From Nannocystis pusilla (GTDB lineage Bacteria > Myxococcota_A > Polyangia > Nannocystales > Nannocystaceae): a stretch of 64,000 bases of DNA. The number at the start of each line of letters is the position of its first letter. The stretch's first letter is position 1. The translations under genes were made by a program, and so were the position numbers. The DNA lies in contig NZ_JAPNKE010000002.1 of the NCBI RefSeq assembly GCF_026626665.1, positions 3,501,168-3,565,167 on the forward strand. The letters are read 5' to 3'. Shown here piece by piece: positions 46,889 through 60,268 of the stretch. The notes beneath the pieces were generated by a model. The model ran no database searches. It was not told the origin of the DNA and saw only the letters and a list, made by a program, of their open reading frames with translations.

Positions 46889-48796
46889 TCAGCGAGCCGA
46901 GGCGGCCTCGTCCTCCTGCTGGTCGCGCAACTGGGCCAGCAGGCGGTCGCCCCGGGTCGTGATCTCCTCGTAGAGGGCGTTGCAGCGCGGTTCGGCGCGC
47001 TCGAGCCAGCGCTCGAGGATGCTGCGGCGCTCCGGGTGCTTGCGCGACTGCTCGAGGAGGATCTCGACGATCGCGGTGTCGGCCATCAGGCGCGTCAGCC
47101 GCTCGGCGTGCAGCATGGCGTAGGAGAAGTCGCGCTTGGGGTCCCAGTTCTGGAAGAACTCCTTGGACCACTCGGTGATCTTGTGCTTGCCGAGGCCGCG
47201 CAGCTTGTCGGCGGCGGTGCGCTGGATCAGGTGCTGCTGGGCGGCGAGCGTCAGCGAAGTGAGGCGAGCGACGCGGCGCTCGAGCGCGTCGAGGGCGGAG
47301 AGGCTGCGCCAGCGGGCCTGCGCCACGCGGGTGAGGAAGCGCTGCGGGTTGCGCATGATGCCGCTCATCGCGTCCTTCATCGCCATGAGCGACTGGATCT
47401 GGCTGGTGCCCTCGTAGATCGGCAGGACCATGGCGTCGCGCAGCAGCTTCTCGGCCCCGTACTCGCGGACGTAGCCGGCGCCGCCGAGGATCTGGATGCA
47501 CTTGCGCGCCATCTCGACGGCCTTCTCGCTGGCGATGTACTTGAGCAGCGGGGTGAGCCGGCGGGCCCGGTTGGCGTGGCGCTTGGCCTGCTTGAGCACG
47601 CGCGCCCGCTCGATGCTGTCGGGGTCGGTGTCGAGCACGCCCTGCATCTTGGTGCGCTGGTGCAGCTCCTCGTGGTAGGCGCACTGCATGGCGAGCGCGC
47701 GCAGGCCGAGGATCTCGGTCTGCATCTCGTCGAGGAAGTCGGCGATCATCTCGTGGCGATCGATCGACTTGCCCATGCTGCGGCGCTCGGCCGCGTAGGC
47801 CTTGGCCTTGCGGTAGGCGGCCTCGCAGGCGCCGATCGACTCGAAGCCGACGCCGACGCGGGCGTTGTTCATCAGCAGCAGCATGAGCTGGAAGCCCTCG
47901 CCCCGCTTGCCGACCAGGCGGCCGGGGGCGCGGTCGAAGCTGACCGCGGCGGTGGCCGAGCCGTGGTGGCCGAGCTTCTCCTCGAGGCGGTCGATCACGG
48001 CGATCCGACGCCGCGTGCCGTCGGGCATGTCCTCGTAGGCCGGGACGTGGAACAGCGACAGGCCGCCGAGGCCGGGCTTGTCGGGCTCGGTGCGGGCGAT
48101 GACGATGTGGTGCTTGCCGTGGCCGGAGGTCAAGAAGATCTTCTGGCCGGTGATGAACCAGTTGCCCTCTTCGTCCTGCTCGGCGCGGGCCTTGAGCGCG
48201 GCCATGTCGCTGCCGGCGTCGGGCTCGGTGATGTCCATGCTGCCCCAGGCGTCGCCGCGCAGGATCTCGGCGATCTCGGGCTGGAAGCGCGTGCCGGTGA
48301 TGACCCGCTGCTCGCGGTCGAAGGTGGTGGAGCCCTCGTGCACCGAGTACAGCAGGAGCATCAGGGCGATGCCGCTGTAGAAGTTGTAGTGCGTCATGAC
48401 GACGTTGTCGGCCCGCGCCAGAAGCTCGCACACCATGAAGTGGACGACGGCGGGGCAGCCGATGCCGCCGAGCTCGCGCGGCAGGGCCAGACCGTGGAGG
48501 TCGAGGCCCTTGATCTGCTCGAACAGGGCGTCGGTCTCGGGCGCGAGGTGGCCCTCGCCGTCCTTCAAGTGGACGCCCTTGGCGTCGATGGCCATCGACT
48601 TCGGCGCGACCTGCTCGGCGGCGAACTCACCGACCATGCCGAGGATGTCGCGATAGGCGGCCCGCGCCTCGTCCAGCGAGGCGTAACCGCCGGGGATGCG
48701 GAAGTCCTGCTCGACGAGCCCGACGATCGGCGCCCAGTCGAGGCCGCGATCCATGTAGAACTGGAGGTCTTCGTTGTCGTCGAAGTAGTTGGCCAC
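46889..48796 (-). CDS. acyl-CoA dehydrogenase (long FadE-type with C-terminal extension)
   Basis: 635-aa ORF with ACAD N, middle and C domains ([17 protein letters not shown]) and a C-terminal extension. Confidence 0.85.
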   Translation of the reverse strand: MANYFDDNEDLQFYMDRGLDWAPIVGLVEQDFRIPGGYASLDEARAAYRDILGMVGEFAAEQVAPKSMAIDAKGVHLKDGEGHLAPETDALFEQIKGLDLHGLALPRELGGIGCPAVVHFMVCELLARADNVVMTHYNFYSGIALMLLLYSVHEGSTTFDREQRVITGTRFQPEIAEILRGDAWGSMDITEPDAGSDMAALKARAEQDEEGNWFITGQKIFLTSGHGKHHIVIARTEPDKPGLGGLSLFHVPAYEDMPDGTRRRIAVIDRLEEKLGHHGSATAAVSFDRAPGRLVGKRGEGFQLMLLLMNNARVGVGFESIGACEAAYRKAKAYAAERRSMGKSIDRHEMIADFLDEMQTEILGLRALAMQCAYHEELHQRTKMQGVLDTDPDSIERARVLKQAKRHANRARRLTPLLKYIASEKAVEMARKCIQILGGAGYVREYGAEKLLRDAMVLPIYEGTSQIQSLMAMKDAMSGIMRNPQRFLTRVAQARWRSLSALDALERRVARLTSLTLAAQQHLIQRTAADKLRGLGKHKITEWSKEFFQNWDPKRDFSYAMLHAERLTRLMADTAIVEILLEQSRKHPERRSILERWLERAEPRCNALYEEITTRGDRLLAQLRDQQEDEAASAR

Positions 48797-48963
48797 GAGA
48801 CGACACTAGCCGAGGCCGATATGCTGAGCAAGCTCAGGAAAAGTCCGTGCAGGCGGCGGGCTGGAGGCAGTTTGAGCCGTTCGAGGGCCTGCGCGAGCGG
48901 CGCTCTCGCGGTCGAATGTCCGCACTGCGGAGCGCCGCATGGGGGCGTGATAAAAGGAGGACC

Positions 48964-49695
48964 GTGAGCCGAGGCAAGGGGATGCGGAGCCGCGAGCACG
49001 AGTCGTTCCGCCGCGAGGCGACGTTTCACGCGGCGCCCCACGCGCTGACGGAGGCGGTCCTGGAGGCGGACCGCGAGGCGACCGCCCGCCGCGAAGAGGT
49101 GGCGCCGGGGGTGCATGTGCTCCACGGGGTGATGTCGCCGAAAGAGTGCAAGCGACTGATCGCGGCGGCGGAGGCGATCGGCTTCACCCACGCGGGCCTG
49201 GCGATCGGCGACGACACGTACCGGGTCAACCTCGCGGCCCGCAACAACCTGCGGGTGGTGTTCGACGCGCCGGAGCTGGCGGACGGGCTGTGGCAGCGGA
49301 TCCGCGGGGTCGTAGGTCCGCAGCACGAGGGGGCGCCGCTGCGCGGGCTCAACTTCCGCTTCCGCGTGTACCGCTACGAGGTCGGGATGCGCTTCTCACC
49401 GCACGTCGATGTCCGCACCGCGGTGCCGCTCGGCGAGACGCGCGAGTCGCTGGTCATCTTTCTCAACGCGGAGTTCGAGGGCGGCGCGACCCGCTTTTTC
49501 GAGGAGAAGGACAAGTCGCAGCGCCGCGGCCAGGGCCGCGGGCGCAAGTTCGACAACAAGGTGAGGTTCGCGCTGAAGCCCACGGTCGGCGGCGCGGTGG
49601 TGTTCGATCACCTGCTGCTCCACGAGGGCGCGGAGGTGACGGCCGGCGTGAAGTATGCGGTGCGCTCGGACGTGATCTACGGGCCGCGCTGATCC
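48964..49695 (+). CDS. 2OG-Fe(II) oxygenase superfamily protein (prolyl 4-hydroxylase-like)
   Basis: GTG start. RVYRYEVGMRFSPHVD...GGATRFF...FDHLLLHEG matches the HxD...H iron triad pattern. Confidence 0.7.
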
Positions 49696-49706
49696 GGCGA
49701 GGAGAC

Positions 49707-49730
49707 TCGCCTGTCTTTGCGGACAGGCGA
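49707..49730 (+). terminator. stable hairpin TCGCCTGTC-tttgc-GGACAGGCGA immediately after the oxygenase stop (no U-tract)
   Basis: 9-bp perfect stem with a 5-nt loop, 15 nt downstream of the stop codon. It belongs to the CTGTCC/GGACAG motif family, and further partial copies lie at 49745-49800. Confidence 0.35.
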
Positions 49731-50446
49731 GCTGCGCGAGAGATGACCTGTCCCTGGGGACATCCTCGCGGTTTGGGATCGCGGATGTCTGCAAGGACAG
49801 GCGCCCGCTCAGGGCGTGTAGCTCGGCAGCTCGACCACGTAGGCGTCGACGGTCTCGCCGCCGCCCCAGTCGCTGCCGAACAGGATCCGCGTGCCGCTCG
49901 GGCTCGGGACGGCGGTCGGGGCGGCCCAGTACGGCTCGCCGAGGTTGGTGTTGTTCTGCCCCCAGCTGCGATGCCGGCCCACGCGACCCGGGCGCCGCGA
50001 TACATGGCACATGTCCTTCAAGCCATGTTCGACTTCGTCGGGCCGCCCGCGACGTGAGGCTCGCCGACCTCGTAAACCGCCGCAGAACGGCGACTGCAGG
50101 CCGCAGGGCGCGCATTCGCCTGTGCTGCCGAAGCCGATCGACGTGTTAGCGTCGACCTATGACATTCGCTTCGCATCGATGGACCTTCGCGCTCGTCTTC
50201 GCCTGCGGTTGCGGCGGCGGCAGCAACGACGCCAGCGACCCGACTGCGGCGACGACCGAGACCGGGACCACCGGCGAGCCGGTCGACCCGCCCGACCGTC
50301 GGACACGGCGCAATGTCTCGATCGACATGTCACAAGGGCCAGCCGTGAACGGGCGCGGCCGCTCGCGGTCGCAAGACCCAGTCCGGGGCGCGCGTCCGCG
50401 TCCGCGCGAGTTGCGGAGGTCGCCTCGCCGCGTGTACGATCGCGCG

Positions 50447-51010
50447 ATGACCTTGTGTCGCTGCTTAACAAGCTCCGCCGCGCGGTGGTCCGCGGCCCTG
50501 TTGCTCCTGCTCGCTCCGGCCGCGAGCCGCACCGCCCGCGCCGACGCCGTGTCCGAACCGCCGAGCTGTCCCGACGGCTCGAGCCCCAACGGCTGCCACG
50601 GGGGCGAGTACTGCGAGCCGAACGAGTGCACCGACACCTGTCCTTCGGGCAAGGTGTGCAAGGAGGTCGAGCGCTGCGCGGGCACGGTCACGTGCGGCGG
50701 CGGGTGGACCAGCACCGGCGGCGACTTCTCGGTCGACAACATCCTCGGGGACTGCGGCGAGGGCGGTGCGTGCGCTGCGGGCATGTGCAAGTCGTTCAAG
50801 CTGTGCGTGTCGGACACGACCGGCACGACGTCGACGAGCGACGGCTCCGGCACCTCGCAGGGCTCCGACTCCGACGGGGGCAGCGAGGGCACGCCGCCGA
50901 AGAAGGAGGGCTGCGAAGGTTGCCGGACGAGCGACGACGCCGCGCCGGCGCTGCTGGCCCTGGGCGTCCTCGGGCTGGCGATCGGCCGGCGCTCGCGACG
51001 ACGCTGACGG
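50447..51010 (+). CDS. secreted Cys-rich protein with C-terminal MYXO-CTERM sorting signal
   Basis: Signal peptide MTLCRCLTSSAARWSAALLLLLAPAAS, many Cys, a Thr/Ser/Gly linker, and the C-terminus EGCEGCRTSDDAAPALLALGVLGLAIGRRSRRR. Confidence 0.75.
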
Positions 51011-51429
51011 CGGCCCGGCGCGAGCGGGGGAGCGGAGCGTCCCCGGTCTGGCGATCGGCCGGCGCTCGCGGCGACGCTGACACGAGCGGGCGAGCGGAGC
51101 AGCCTCGGGTCCGACCCGAAACGCAGGGGCAGACCGGGCCGCGTGGTGACGCTGCGGCGCAGTGCGCCGGAGGACCCAGCCTCCACCGCACGAGCCGTGC
51201 ACCCTGTCCTGCGCGTCCAGGGCTCCGCGCGGCGGGTGCGGCCGCCGAGCATCACTCGATGCGCGCCCTGCCCTGCGCGCCCGGACTCCGAGCGATGCGA
51301 GGGCCTCGCGCCGGCATGGTCCACCGAGAGACCTGTCCCTTACGCCAGGTGACTCCCTCGGCGCGAAATCGAGCATCCTCGCTCGCATCGACAAGTGCGG
51401 GGTCATTTGCGACTCTGCCTGCTGCCGAC

Positions 51430-52485
51430 ATGCCGATCGAACAGCAGCTCGTCCCCACCTCGCGTCTCCGCGTCCACACCCGCATCGCCGGTCCGGCAGG
51501 GGCGCCGCTCGTCGTCCTCGTGCACGGCAACGCCTCGAGCGGCGGGTTCTTCGAGCCGTTGATGCTGGCGCTCTCCGATCGCTTCCGCGTGATCGCGCCC
51601 GACATGCGCGGCTTCGGCGACACCGAGCCGGCGCCGATCGACGCGACCCGCGGCGTATGCGACTTCGCCGACGACCTGCACGCGCTGCTCGTCGCGCTCG
51701 ACCTGTCCTCGAAGCCAGCCGTGTTCGTCGGCTGGTCGGCGGGCGGCGGCGTGATCATGCAGTACGCGATCGACCACGCCAGCAATGTCGCCGGGCTGGT
51801 GCTCGAGAACCCGATGTCGCCCTACGGCTTCGGCGGCACCCGCGACGCCCGCGGCACCGCGACGACCGCCGACTTCGCCGGCTCGGGCGGCGGCACTGCC
51901 AACCCCGAGTTCGCGCGCCTGATCAAGGCCGGCGACCGCAGCGGCGACAACCAGGTGTCGCCGCGCAACGTCATGAACACCTTCTACTTCAAGCCGCCGT
52001 TCCGGGTCGAGCCGGCCCTCGAGGACGCGTTCGTCGAGGCGGTGGTGAAGACCAAGATCGGCGACGACCACTACCCCGGCGACATGACCGCCTCGGCGAA
52101 CTGGCCGGGAGTCGCGCCCGGCACGCGCGGGATGAACAACGCGATCTCGCCGAAGTACGTCGACCTGTCGCCGTTCGCCGGCGTCGATCCGCGGCCGCCG
52201 GTGCTGTGGATCCGCGGGGCCGACGACCAGATCGTCAGCGACACGTCGGTGTTCGACTTCGGGTTCCTCGGCAAGCTGGGCGCGGTGCCGGGCTGGCCGG
52301 GCGACGAGGTCGCGCCGCCGCAGCCGATGGTCGGGCAGATGCGCGCGGTCCTCGACGCCTACGCCGGCAACGGCGGGCGCTACGAGGAGGTGGTGTTCTT
52401 CGACTGCGGACACTCGCCGCACATCGAGCAGCACGAGCGCTTTCTTGCGGCGCTGCGAAATTTTGCCGCATTGGTGTTCTAGCCG
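51430..52485 (+). CDS. alpha/beta hydrolase fold protein
   Basis: LVVLVHGNASSGGFF, GWSAGG (GxSxG) and a C-terminal HSPHIEQHERF. Confidence 0.75.
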
Positions 52486-52541
52486 CGAAAGCGGGCTCCT
52501 GCGCGCTTTGGCGCCGGCGAGGAATGGGCTAATTGCTGCAC

Positions 52542-54055
52542 ATGCGAACACGCCGTCCCTGGGCCGCCCTCACCCTCCTCCTCGCCTGTACCCCACAAGA
52601 TGGCGGCGACACCGACGCGACGACCGCGGCGGTGACCGACTCCACGCCGGGCACCGATTCGACCGCCTCGAGCGACGCGACCGGCACTGCGACGACGGGG
52701 CCGACATCGACCGGCGACGAGCCGCCGACGGGGACGACGACCGAGCCGCCCGCGACCACCTCGACGACGACCGACGATCCGACCGCGCCCACGGGCACGA
52801 CCACCGAGACCGGCGGCGACGGGCTGCACGGGCTCGTCCTCGAGGACACCTTCGAGGACGGGATCTTGAACGGCTGGGTCCGCGTCGAGCGGTGGTTCGA
52901 CCCCGATCCGTTCTTCATTCAGGAAGATCGCTTCGACCTCGATCAGCGGGCCCACCAGACCGGGCAGCGGCTCGAGTTCTTCGGCAACGACCCGGTCCCG
53001 CACAGCGGGCGCTTCTGCTGTACTACGCGCCCGGCTGGAACAACGGCGCCAAGTCGACGGTGCTGCTGGCGCACGGCGCCAACGACCAGGCCGACCGCGC
53101 GTGGGCCAACCCCGGCGAGAGCGGCGACTTCGGCTGCGGTCAGTCGACCTGCCCCGACATCGGCCTGATGCAGGAGCTGGCGGCCGCGGGCCACCGCGTG
53201 TTCGCGGTCTCGCACGCGCACAGCCAGGGCGACAACGTGTTCTGGGCCCTGCAGATCGCGTGGGCCATCGACATCATCCGTGAGCGCACCGCGGTCGAGA
53301 AGGTCGACGTGATCGGGTGGAGCAAGGGCGTGATGTCGACGCGCATGTACGCGTCGGGCCTCACCGGCGGTCACCTCGAGTACCGCGACGACATCGGCAA
53401 GCTGATCCTGATCGGCGGGCCGAACCTCGGCTTCGACTACATCTTCCGCTACGGCACGGCCCACAACGCCGGCGTCTACGCCGACTTCGGCGGCAAGATC
53501 CACGCGCCCGGGCCGCACGACGAGCTGCTGATCTTCGGCCTGTGGGAGGATCGCTCGGAGTACGCGATCTACAAGTCGGCCGCCGGCGACAACTACCGCG
53601 GGCAGCTGCAGATGCTCGCGGCGTGGGACGACGTGTATCCGTTGACCGGCACGGCCAACAACGGGCTGATGCAGTGGATCGTCGGCGACAGCGAGTCGAC
53701 CTACTACGGTGAGGGCCAGTACAAGGGCGTGTACGCCCGCGGCAAGGGCATCGACTACGCGATCCAGCAAGGCTCGGTGATCGCCGACATGATCGACGCC
53801 GGCATCCCGGCCTCGATCTCGACGCACCTGCTGTGCGGCGACCTGAACCTCGACGACAACAGCGTGCTGATCCCGGGGATCCCCAACGAGATCGCCGGGC
53901 CGAGCGACGGCGTGGTGTTCGTCGACAGCTGCGCGGCGACCGACGGGATCGGGACGCTCACCGACTCGGCTGTCCTGAAGGACATCAACCACCTCAAGCT
54001 GGGCTGGCACCCGACGGCGGCCGCCCAGATCTCGACGTGGCTCGGACAGTGACGC
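52542..54055 (+). CDS. secreted lipase/esterase-like lipoprotein (alpha/beta hydrolase); apparent frameshift near 53000
   Basis: Lipobox LTLLLACTP and a Thr-rich linker. The catalytic domain is in the next frame: LLAHGANDQA...VIGWSKGVMS (GxSxG).... Confidence 0.7.
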
Positions 54056-54073
54056 GAAGGCCCGCCCGGGGCC

Positions 54074-55167
54074 TCACCCGGGCGACAGCGGCTCGCTGTG
54101 CTCGGCGAGCCAGCCGGCGATCTTCGGCCAGATGACCTTGGGGCCCTTGCTCGAGGTCGACAGGCCGATGTGCCCGACCGGGAACCGCAGCAGGGTCTTG
54201 TCGGTCGAGCCGACCGCGCCGAGCAGCGCCTCCGACGAGGGCGGCGGGGCGATGGTGTCGTTGTCGGCGACGAGGACGAGCAGCGGGCCGTGGATCTGGC
54301 GCAGATCGACGCGCCGGCCGCCGACGATCATGCGGCCCTCGAAGAAGTTGTTCTCCTGGTAGCAGTCGCGGATGTACTGCCGGTACACCTCGCCGGGGAA
54401 CGGCACGTTGTCGGCGGCCCAGTGCTCCATGGCGAGGAAGTTGGTGACGAAGTCGCGGTCGTCGAGGCGGCGGAACACCTCGAACCACTTCGAGATCCGC
54501 TGCACCGGGGCCATCATCGAGAAGCCCGACTCCATCAGGTCGATCGGGACGTTGCCGTAGGCGTCGACCATGCTGTCGACGTCGAAGAACTCGGGGTCGG
54601 TCCAGGTGGTGAAGATGCCGCCGTGCTTGAAGTCGACCGGGGTGGCCTGGGCGACGAAGTTGCGCACGCCGTTCGGGTGGAGCGCCGCGGCGGCCAGCGC
54701 CATCGTGCCGCCCATGCAGTAGCCGTACATCGTCAGGTCGTCGGCGCCGGACAGCTTGAAGACCCACCGCTTGGCGGCCTCGACGAAGCCGCCGAGCAGG
54801 TCGTCCCAGGTCATGTCCTGCTCGACCGCGCCGGGCGTGCCCCAGTCGATGGCGTAGACGTCGAAGCCCTGCTGGGTCATGAACTCGATCAGGCTGCGAC
54901 CCGGCAGGAAGTCGAGGATGTAGTAGCGGTTGATCAGCGAGTAGACGAACAGGATCGGGGTGCGGAAGCGACGCACGGCCGGCTCGAAGCGGATCAGCTT
55001 CATGCCGCCGCGCTCGTACACGACCCGCTTCGGCGTCGAGTTGACCGGCGGATCGCCGAGCCCGGTCGCGCGCTTGACCAGCGGCGCCAGGTAGCGGGTC
55101 GGGCTGATCGCGCGGTCGCGCAGCGCCCGCTGCCAGGCGGCGCCGATCGTGGCTGTCCCTTCGGCCA
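54074..55167 (-). CDS. phaC: poly(3-hydroxyalkanoate) synthase, class III/IV-type PhaC
   Basis: MAEGTATIGAAWQRAL..., GYCMGG lipase box, about 365 aa. The start codon sits inside a GCTGTCCCTTCGGCCATGTCC motif. Confidence 0.8.
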
Positions 55168-55215
55168 TGTCCGCGAGCTTGCGCGCGGCGCCCTTGACCC
55201 GCGAAAACGGCGTCG

Positions 55216-55614
55216 TCACGCGGCCCCCCGGACCGAGCGGGCCAGCTCGGCCTGCAGCTTCTCCAGCAGCTGGAGCGCGAGCTCGAGCTGGGTGGTGGTG
55301 ATCTCGAGCCGGTCCTCGGCCCGCCGCAGCTGCGCCCGCACCTCGTTGAAGTCGCCGAGGGTCGGCACGCGCCAGAAGTGCAGGACCTCCTCGGTGAGGT
55401 CGACGACGTCGCGGTGGAGGTGGAACATCTTCTGCAGCCCGCGGCCCGCGAACTTGAGGTAGCGCGGGCTGGTGGCCAGGCGCGTCATGACGCCGGTCGA
55501 GGCGCCCTCGAAGCGCATCCACCACTTGCCGGGGCCGCTCCTGGGGTCGGTGAGGTAGCCGACGAGCCGGAGGATCCGGGCGGTGAGGTTCCTGGGGGCT
55601 GTCTCTTGGGACAT
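55216..55614 (-). CDS. small PHA synthase-associated protein (PhaE/PhaR-subunit-like or phasin-like), putative
   Basis: 132 aa with a coiled-coil C-terminus, located immediately upstream of phaC. The start overlaps a GGGCTGTCTCTTGGGACATGG motif. Confidence 0.45.
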   Translation of the reverse strand: MSQETAPRNLTARILRLVGYLTDPRSGPGKWWMRFEGASTGVMTRLATSPRYLKFAGRGLQKMFHLHRDVVDLTEEVLHFWRVPTLGDFNEVRAQLRRAEDRLEITTTQLELALQLLEKLQAELARSVRGAA

Positions 55615-55626
55615 GGCGAAAAGTTC

Positions 55627-57150
<1,524 letters not shown>

Positions 57151-57288
57151 GCGAAGATCCTCCGCTCCCGAGGCTACCCGAAGGCCCGGCCGTGCTGCAC
57201 CTGCGAAACGGTCTGCCGGGGTCTGCCGGCCGAGGATAGGCCGACGCGGCTCGAGATCAAGACCTGAATTGTGCAGCGCACAAACGGC

Positions 57289-57900
57289 TCAGGAGGCGGG
57301 CCGCCTGCCCTTGCGGGGGGGCTTGCCGTCCTCGACGGTCCGCCGCAGCTCGGCGAGCTCGCGCCGCAACGCGGCCAGCTCGTCGGACATGCCGCCAGGC
57401 TCGGGCGGCGGCGGCTCGTCGGGAAACGGCGGCGGCGCCGGCTCGCCGGCCGCGGGCGGGGCCCCGCCGAACCACCGCTTGAGGATCCCGGGCATCGCCA
57501 GGTCGGCCAGCGGGTTCCACGGGACGACGGCGCGCGCGCCCCCCTTGAGCTGCAGGTAGACCTCGAGGGCCCAGGCGATGTAGCGGCCGAAGAACTCGGC
57601 GAGGGCGTCGTCCCGCATGCGCACGAGCTGCTTGAGCAGGGACACCGGGAGCAGGCGCGCGGCGCCGCGGCTCTCGAGGATGATCTGCGCGAGCGTGATC
57701 TGGGTGAGGTCCTGCCCGCTCTTGGCGTCGACGACCTTGAGGTCCTCGCCCATCCGCACGCGCTCCGCGATCTCCTCGAGGGTGACGTACCGGCTGCCCT
57801 CGGTGTCGTAGAGCCGACGGTTGCCGTACTTCTTGACCTGCAACACGGCGAGAACGGTAGCCGAGGTCGTGCTGCAGGTGCGAGGGGCGATTTCGCGCAA
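57289..57900 (-). CDS. phaR: PHA synthesis repressor PhaR
   Basis: VKKYGNRRLYDTEGSRYVTLEEIA, the PhaR/AniA N-terminal DNA-binding signature. Exact start uncertain. Confidence 0.8.
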   Translation of the reverse strand: MREIAPRTCSTTSATVLAVLQVKKYGNRRLYDTEGSRYVTLEEIAERVRMGEDLKVVDAKSGQDLTQITLAQIILESRGAARLLPVSLLKQLVRMRDDALAEFFGRYIAWALEVYLQLKGGARAVVPWNPLADLAMPGILKRWFGGAPPAAGEPAPPPFPDEPPPPEPGGMSDELAALRRELAELRRTVEDGKPPRKGRRPAS

Positions 57901-58150
57901 ACGGGCGAGCGCCTCGGAGGGGGCGCGAACGAGGGGCTCGTCGCCTCACACGGCCTCGGGCTCGAGGACGGCCGGCTGGCGGGCGGCGAAATCACCGGGC
58001 GGTCGAGCCCGGCACGGAGCCGTCTCGACCGGGTCGGACGGAGGACGGTTCACGCCTGGAGCTTCGGCGGCCGCGAGAGCCGGCGTGACGCGGGCTGGCC
58101 GATGAGACAGGTCCGCCGGGGCAGCCGCAGCCGGCGCCCGAAGGATGCCC

Positions 58151-59100
58151 TTAAGGACATGTCGCGGGGGCCAGCTTGCACTCGCTGAACCAGGCGGCCA
58201 CGTCGCGGCACTGCGGGTCGGCCGGGTCGGCGGCGGCGCAGGCGAGGAAGCCGGCGCGGTCGCGCAGGGAGCACAGGCGCGGCAGCTCCCACTTGCGGTC
58301 GCGGCAGCTGGCGTCGCGCGGGTCGCAGGTGCTGCGCATCCAGGTCGCGGTGCCGTCGCCGCGGAGGAACACGCGGTCGTCGATGTCGCGGGTGCCGACG
58401 AGGCCCTCGACGCGGAGGCTGGCGGCGGCCTCGCCGGCGAGCGCCTGGTAGAGGCAGGCGTCGCCGGCGACCTCGTCGTCGCACGGGCGCGGCGAGGCGC
58501 ACGCGTCGAGCAGCGCGAGGGCGATGTCACCCGGGCAGCGGCCGGCCGCGCACACGCAGGCGCACGCCTCGGGATCCTGCGAGCCGAGGCCGCACTCGGT
58601 CCAGCCCGCAGGATGCTCGGGGCCGGGAATTCGCCGGCCTTGCGACCGACGCGGCGGACGTGGACGACGTCGCCGACCCGCTTGTAGAAGGTGGAGTCGT
58701 AGTCCTCGTCGCCGGTCGAGGCGCTGGCGGTGGCGCAGAAGCCCGCGGCCTCGAAGGCGCAGGTCGAGCGATCGGCGAGGCGCTCGGTGGCGAACCAGAT
58801 GCAACCGGCGGCGTCGCAGTCGGCCTCGACCGCGTGCGACTCGCACGGCTCGACGGGCGCGGGCGGGAGCTCGGGCGCGAGGTCGGGCGGCGGCGTGACG
58901 AGGGCGCCGGTGCCGGTGACCGGCATGCTGGTGGCGGCGTCGCCGGTGCTCGTGCTGCCGGCGGTGCCGGTGGTGCTCCCCTCGCCGGCGGTCGCCACGG
59001 TGCTGCCCTCGCCGTCGGTGCCGCGCGAGGCCGCGTCGGACCGCCCAGGGCTACACCCGGTCGCTACCAGCCACGAGAAGAGAACGGCGACGCCCGCCGG
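58151..59100 (-). CDS. Cys-rich secreted lipoprotein; apparent frameshift near 58650
   Basis: MRLGLGARPAGVAVLFSWLVATGC lipobox and Cys-rich segments in two frames, ending ...FSECKLAPATCP*. Confidence 0.45.
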
Positions 59101-59849
59101 GCGCGCGCCAAGACCTAACCGCACGGTCTCATGCTGCCAGAGCACGCGGAGGAGATCAAGGAAGCGCAGCGCTGGCGGTCCCGGCGCGACGCGACGATCG
59201 CGAGCTCGGGCGGCCCGGGGATGTGGGCGAGCATCGCCGGTGTAAGAAGGTCGCTGCGACACATCGGTGATGCGCGGCACAGGCCCGACGCGATGAAGGA
59301 TGAAGAAGGAACGGCGACGGCCTGGCGTCGGCGCACCGACCGTCGCCCTGCCGTCGCGGCGGCGAGGCCCACGCAGAGGCGCTTTCGCGGGCCCGCGGCG
59401 CCCGGGCGCTGGCGGTGCGAGCCGGAGCCGGCTCATCGGAGCGTCGGTCGCGAGGATGACCCGCGCTCGCGGCTGCACGGTCGATGACGTCGGTCGGCCC
59501 GCCGCCTGTCCCTTCAGGCTCGGTCGACGCGCGCCCGTTCATGGCGCTCGCGCGACCGTTCCTTGCGGCGTCATTCGTGACCCGCGTCGGTGCGTCGATG
59601 GTGAGGCGAGCTGAAACGCGTTGCTCGATCGCGCGGCGGCGCAGGCGACGTCGCCGGGCCGGCGCTGTAGCCGATGGGCGAAGCGCAGTGCGTCGATCGG
59701 CACGAGGTGCTGCGGCGGGAGTACGACTGTCCGGTCCAGCGGGGCTGGAGCCGGAGCGCGAGCGGTGATTCGACGCGCGAGTCAGCGCGACGGCCACGAC
59801 GGCGCTGCGGACCTGCGCGTCGGGATCGGCGGGCGCCGAGAGCAGCGGC

Positions 59850-59990
59850 GTGGTCCCTGCCCCGTTCGCGTCCAACAGCCGAGCGGCCGAGCCAGGGGCG
59901 CGGTCCATGCCCGTTCGCGTCGGACCGCTGCGGCCGAGCCAGACGGCGGAATGCCTGCCTTGTTCGCGTCGAATCGGTGTGGCCGAGCTC
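59850..59990. repeat. 3 degenerate tandem copies of a ~48-bp noncoding unit (tgccYgttcgcgtc...gYggccgagc)
   Basis: tgccccgttcgcgtccaacagccgagcggccgagccag, tgcccgttcgcgtcggaccgctgcggccgagccag and tgccttgttcgcgtcgaatcggtgtggccgagctc. Confidence 0.6.
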
Positions 59991-60079
59991 TGTCTCGCGC
60001 CACGCAAACGCGTCGCCCGAGGCACGTGGCCTCTTGGTCGCCCAGCCTAACCGCGCTCGCTCGCGGCTGCTGCGGGGAG

Positions 60080-60195
60080 TTCGGTGCGCGATCACATGCC
60101 CGAAAGAACATGTCTATCTCGTACGACATGTTTACCGGCAATGCTCCATGAAGCATGTCTTTTCAGCCATGCCTGAAAGAGCATGTCCCTTCGCA
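60080..60195. repeat. array of 8 CATG-centred units (spacings 15, 18, 20, 7, 14, 14, 14)
   Basis: CATG at 60084, 60099, 60117, 60137, 60144, 60158, 60172 and 60186, e.g. aaagaaCATGtcta, aaagagCATGtccc. Confidence 0.8.
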
Positions 60196-60268
60196 CATGG
60201 TGCCCTCGCATCCGAGCGACACGCCAGTCCTTCGCGCCTCGTACGCGCCCTCGCGGGCCTGCGGCGCC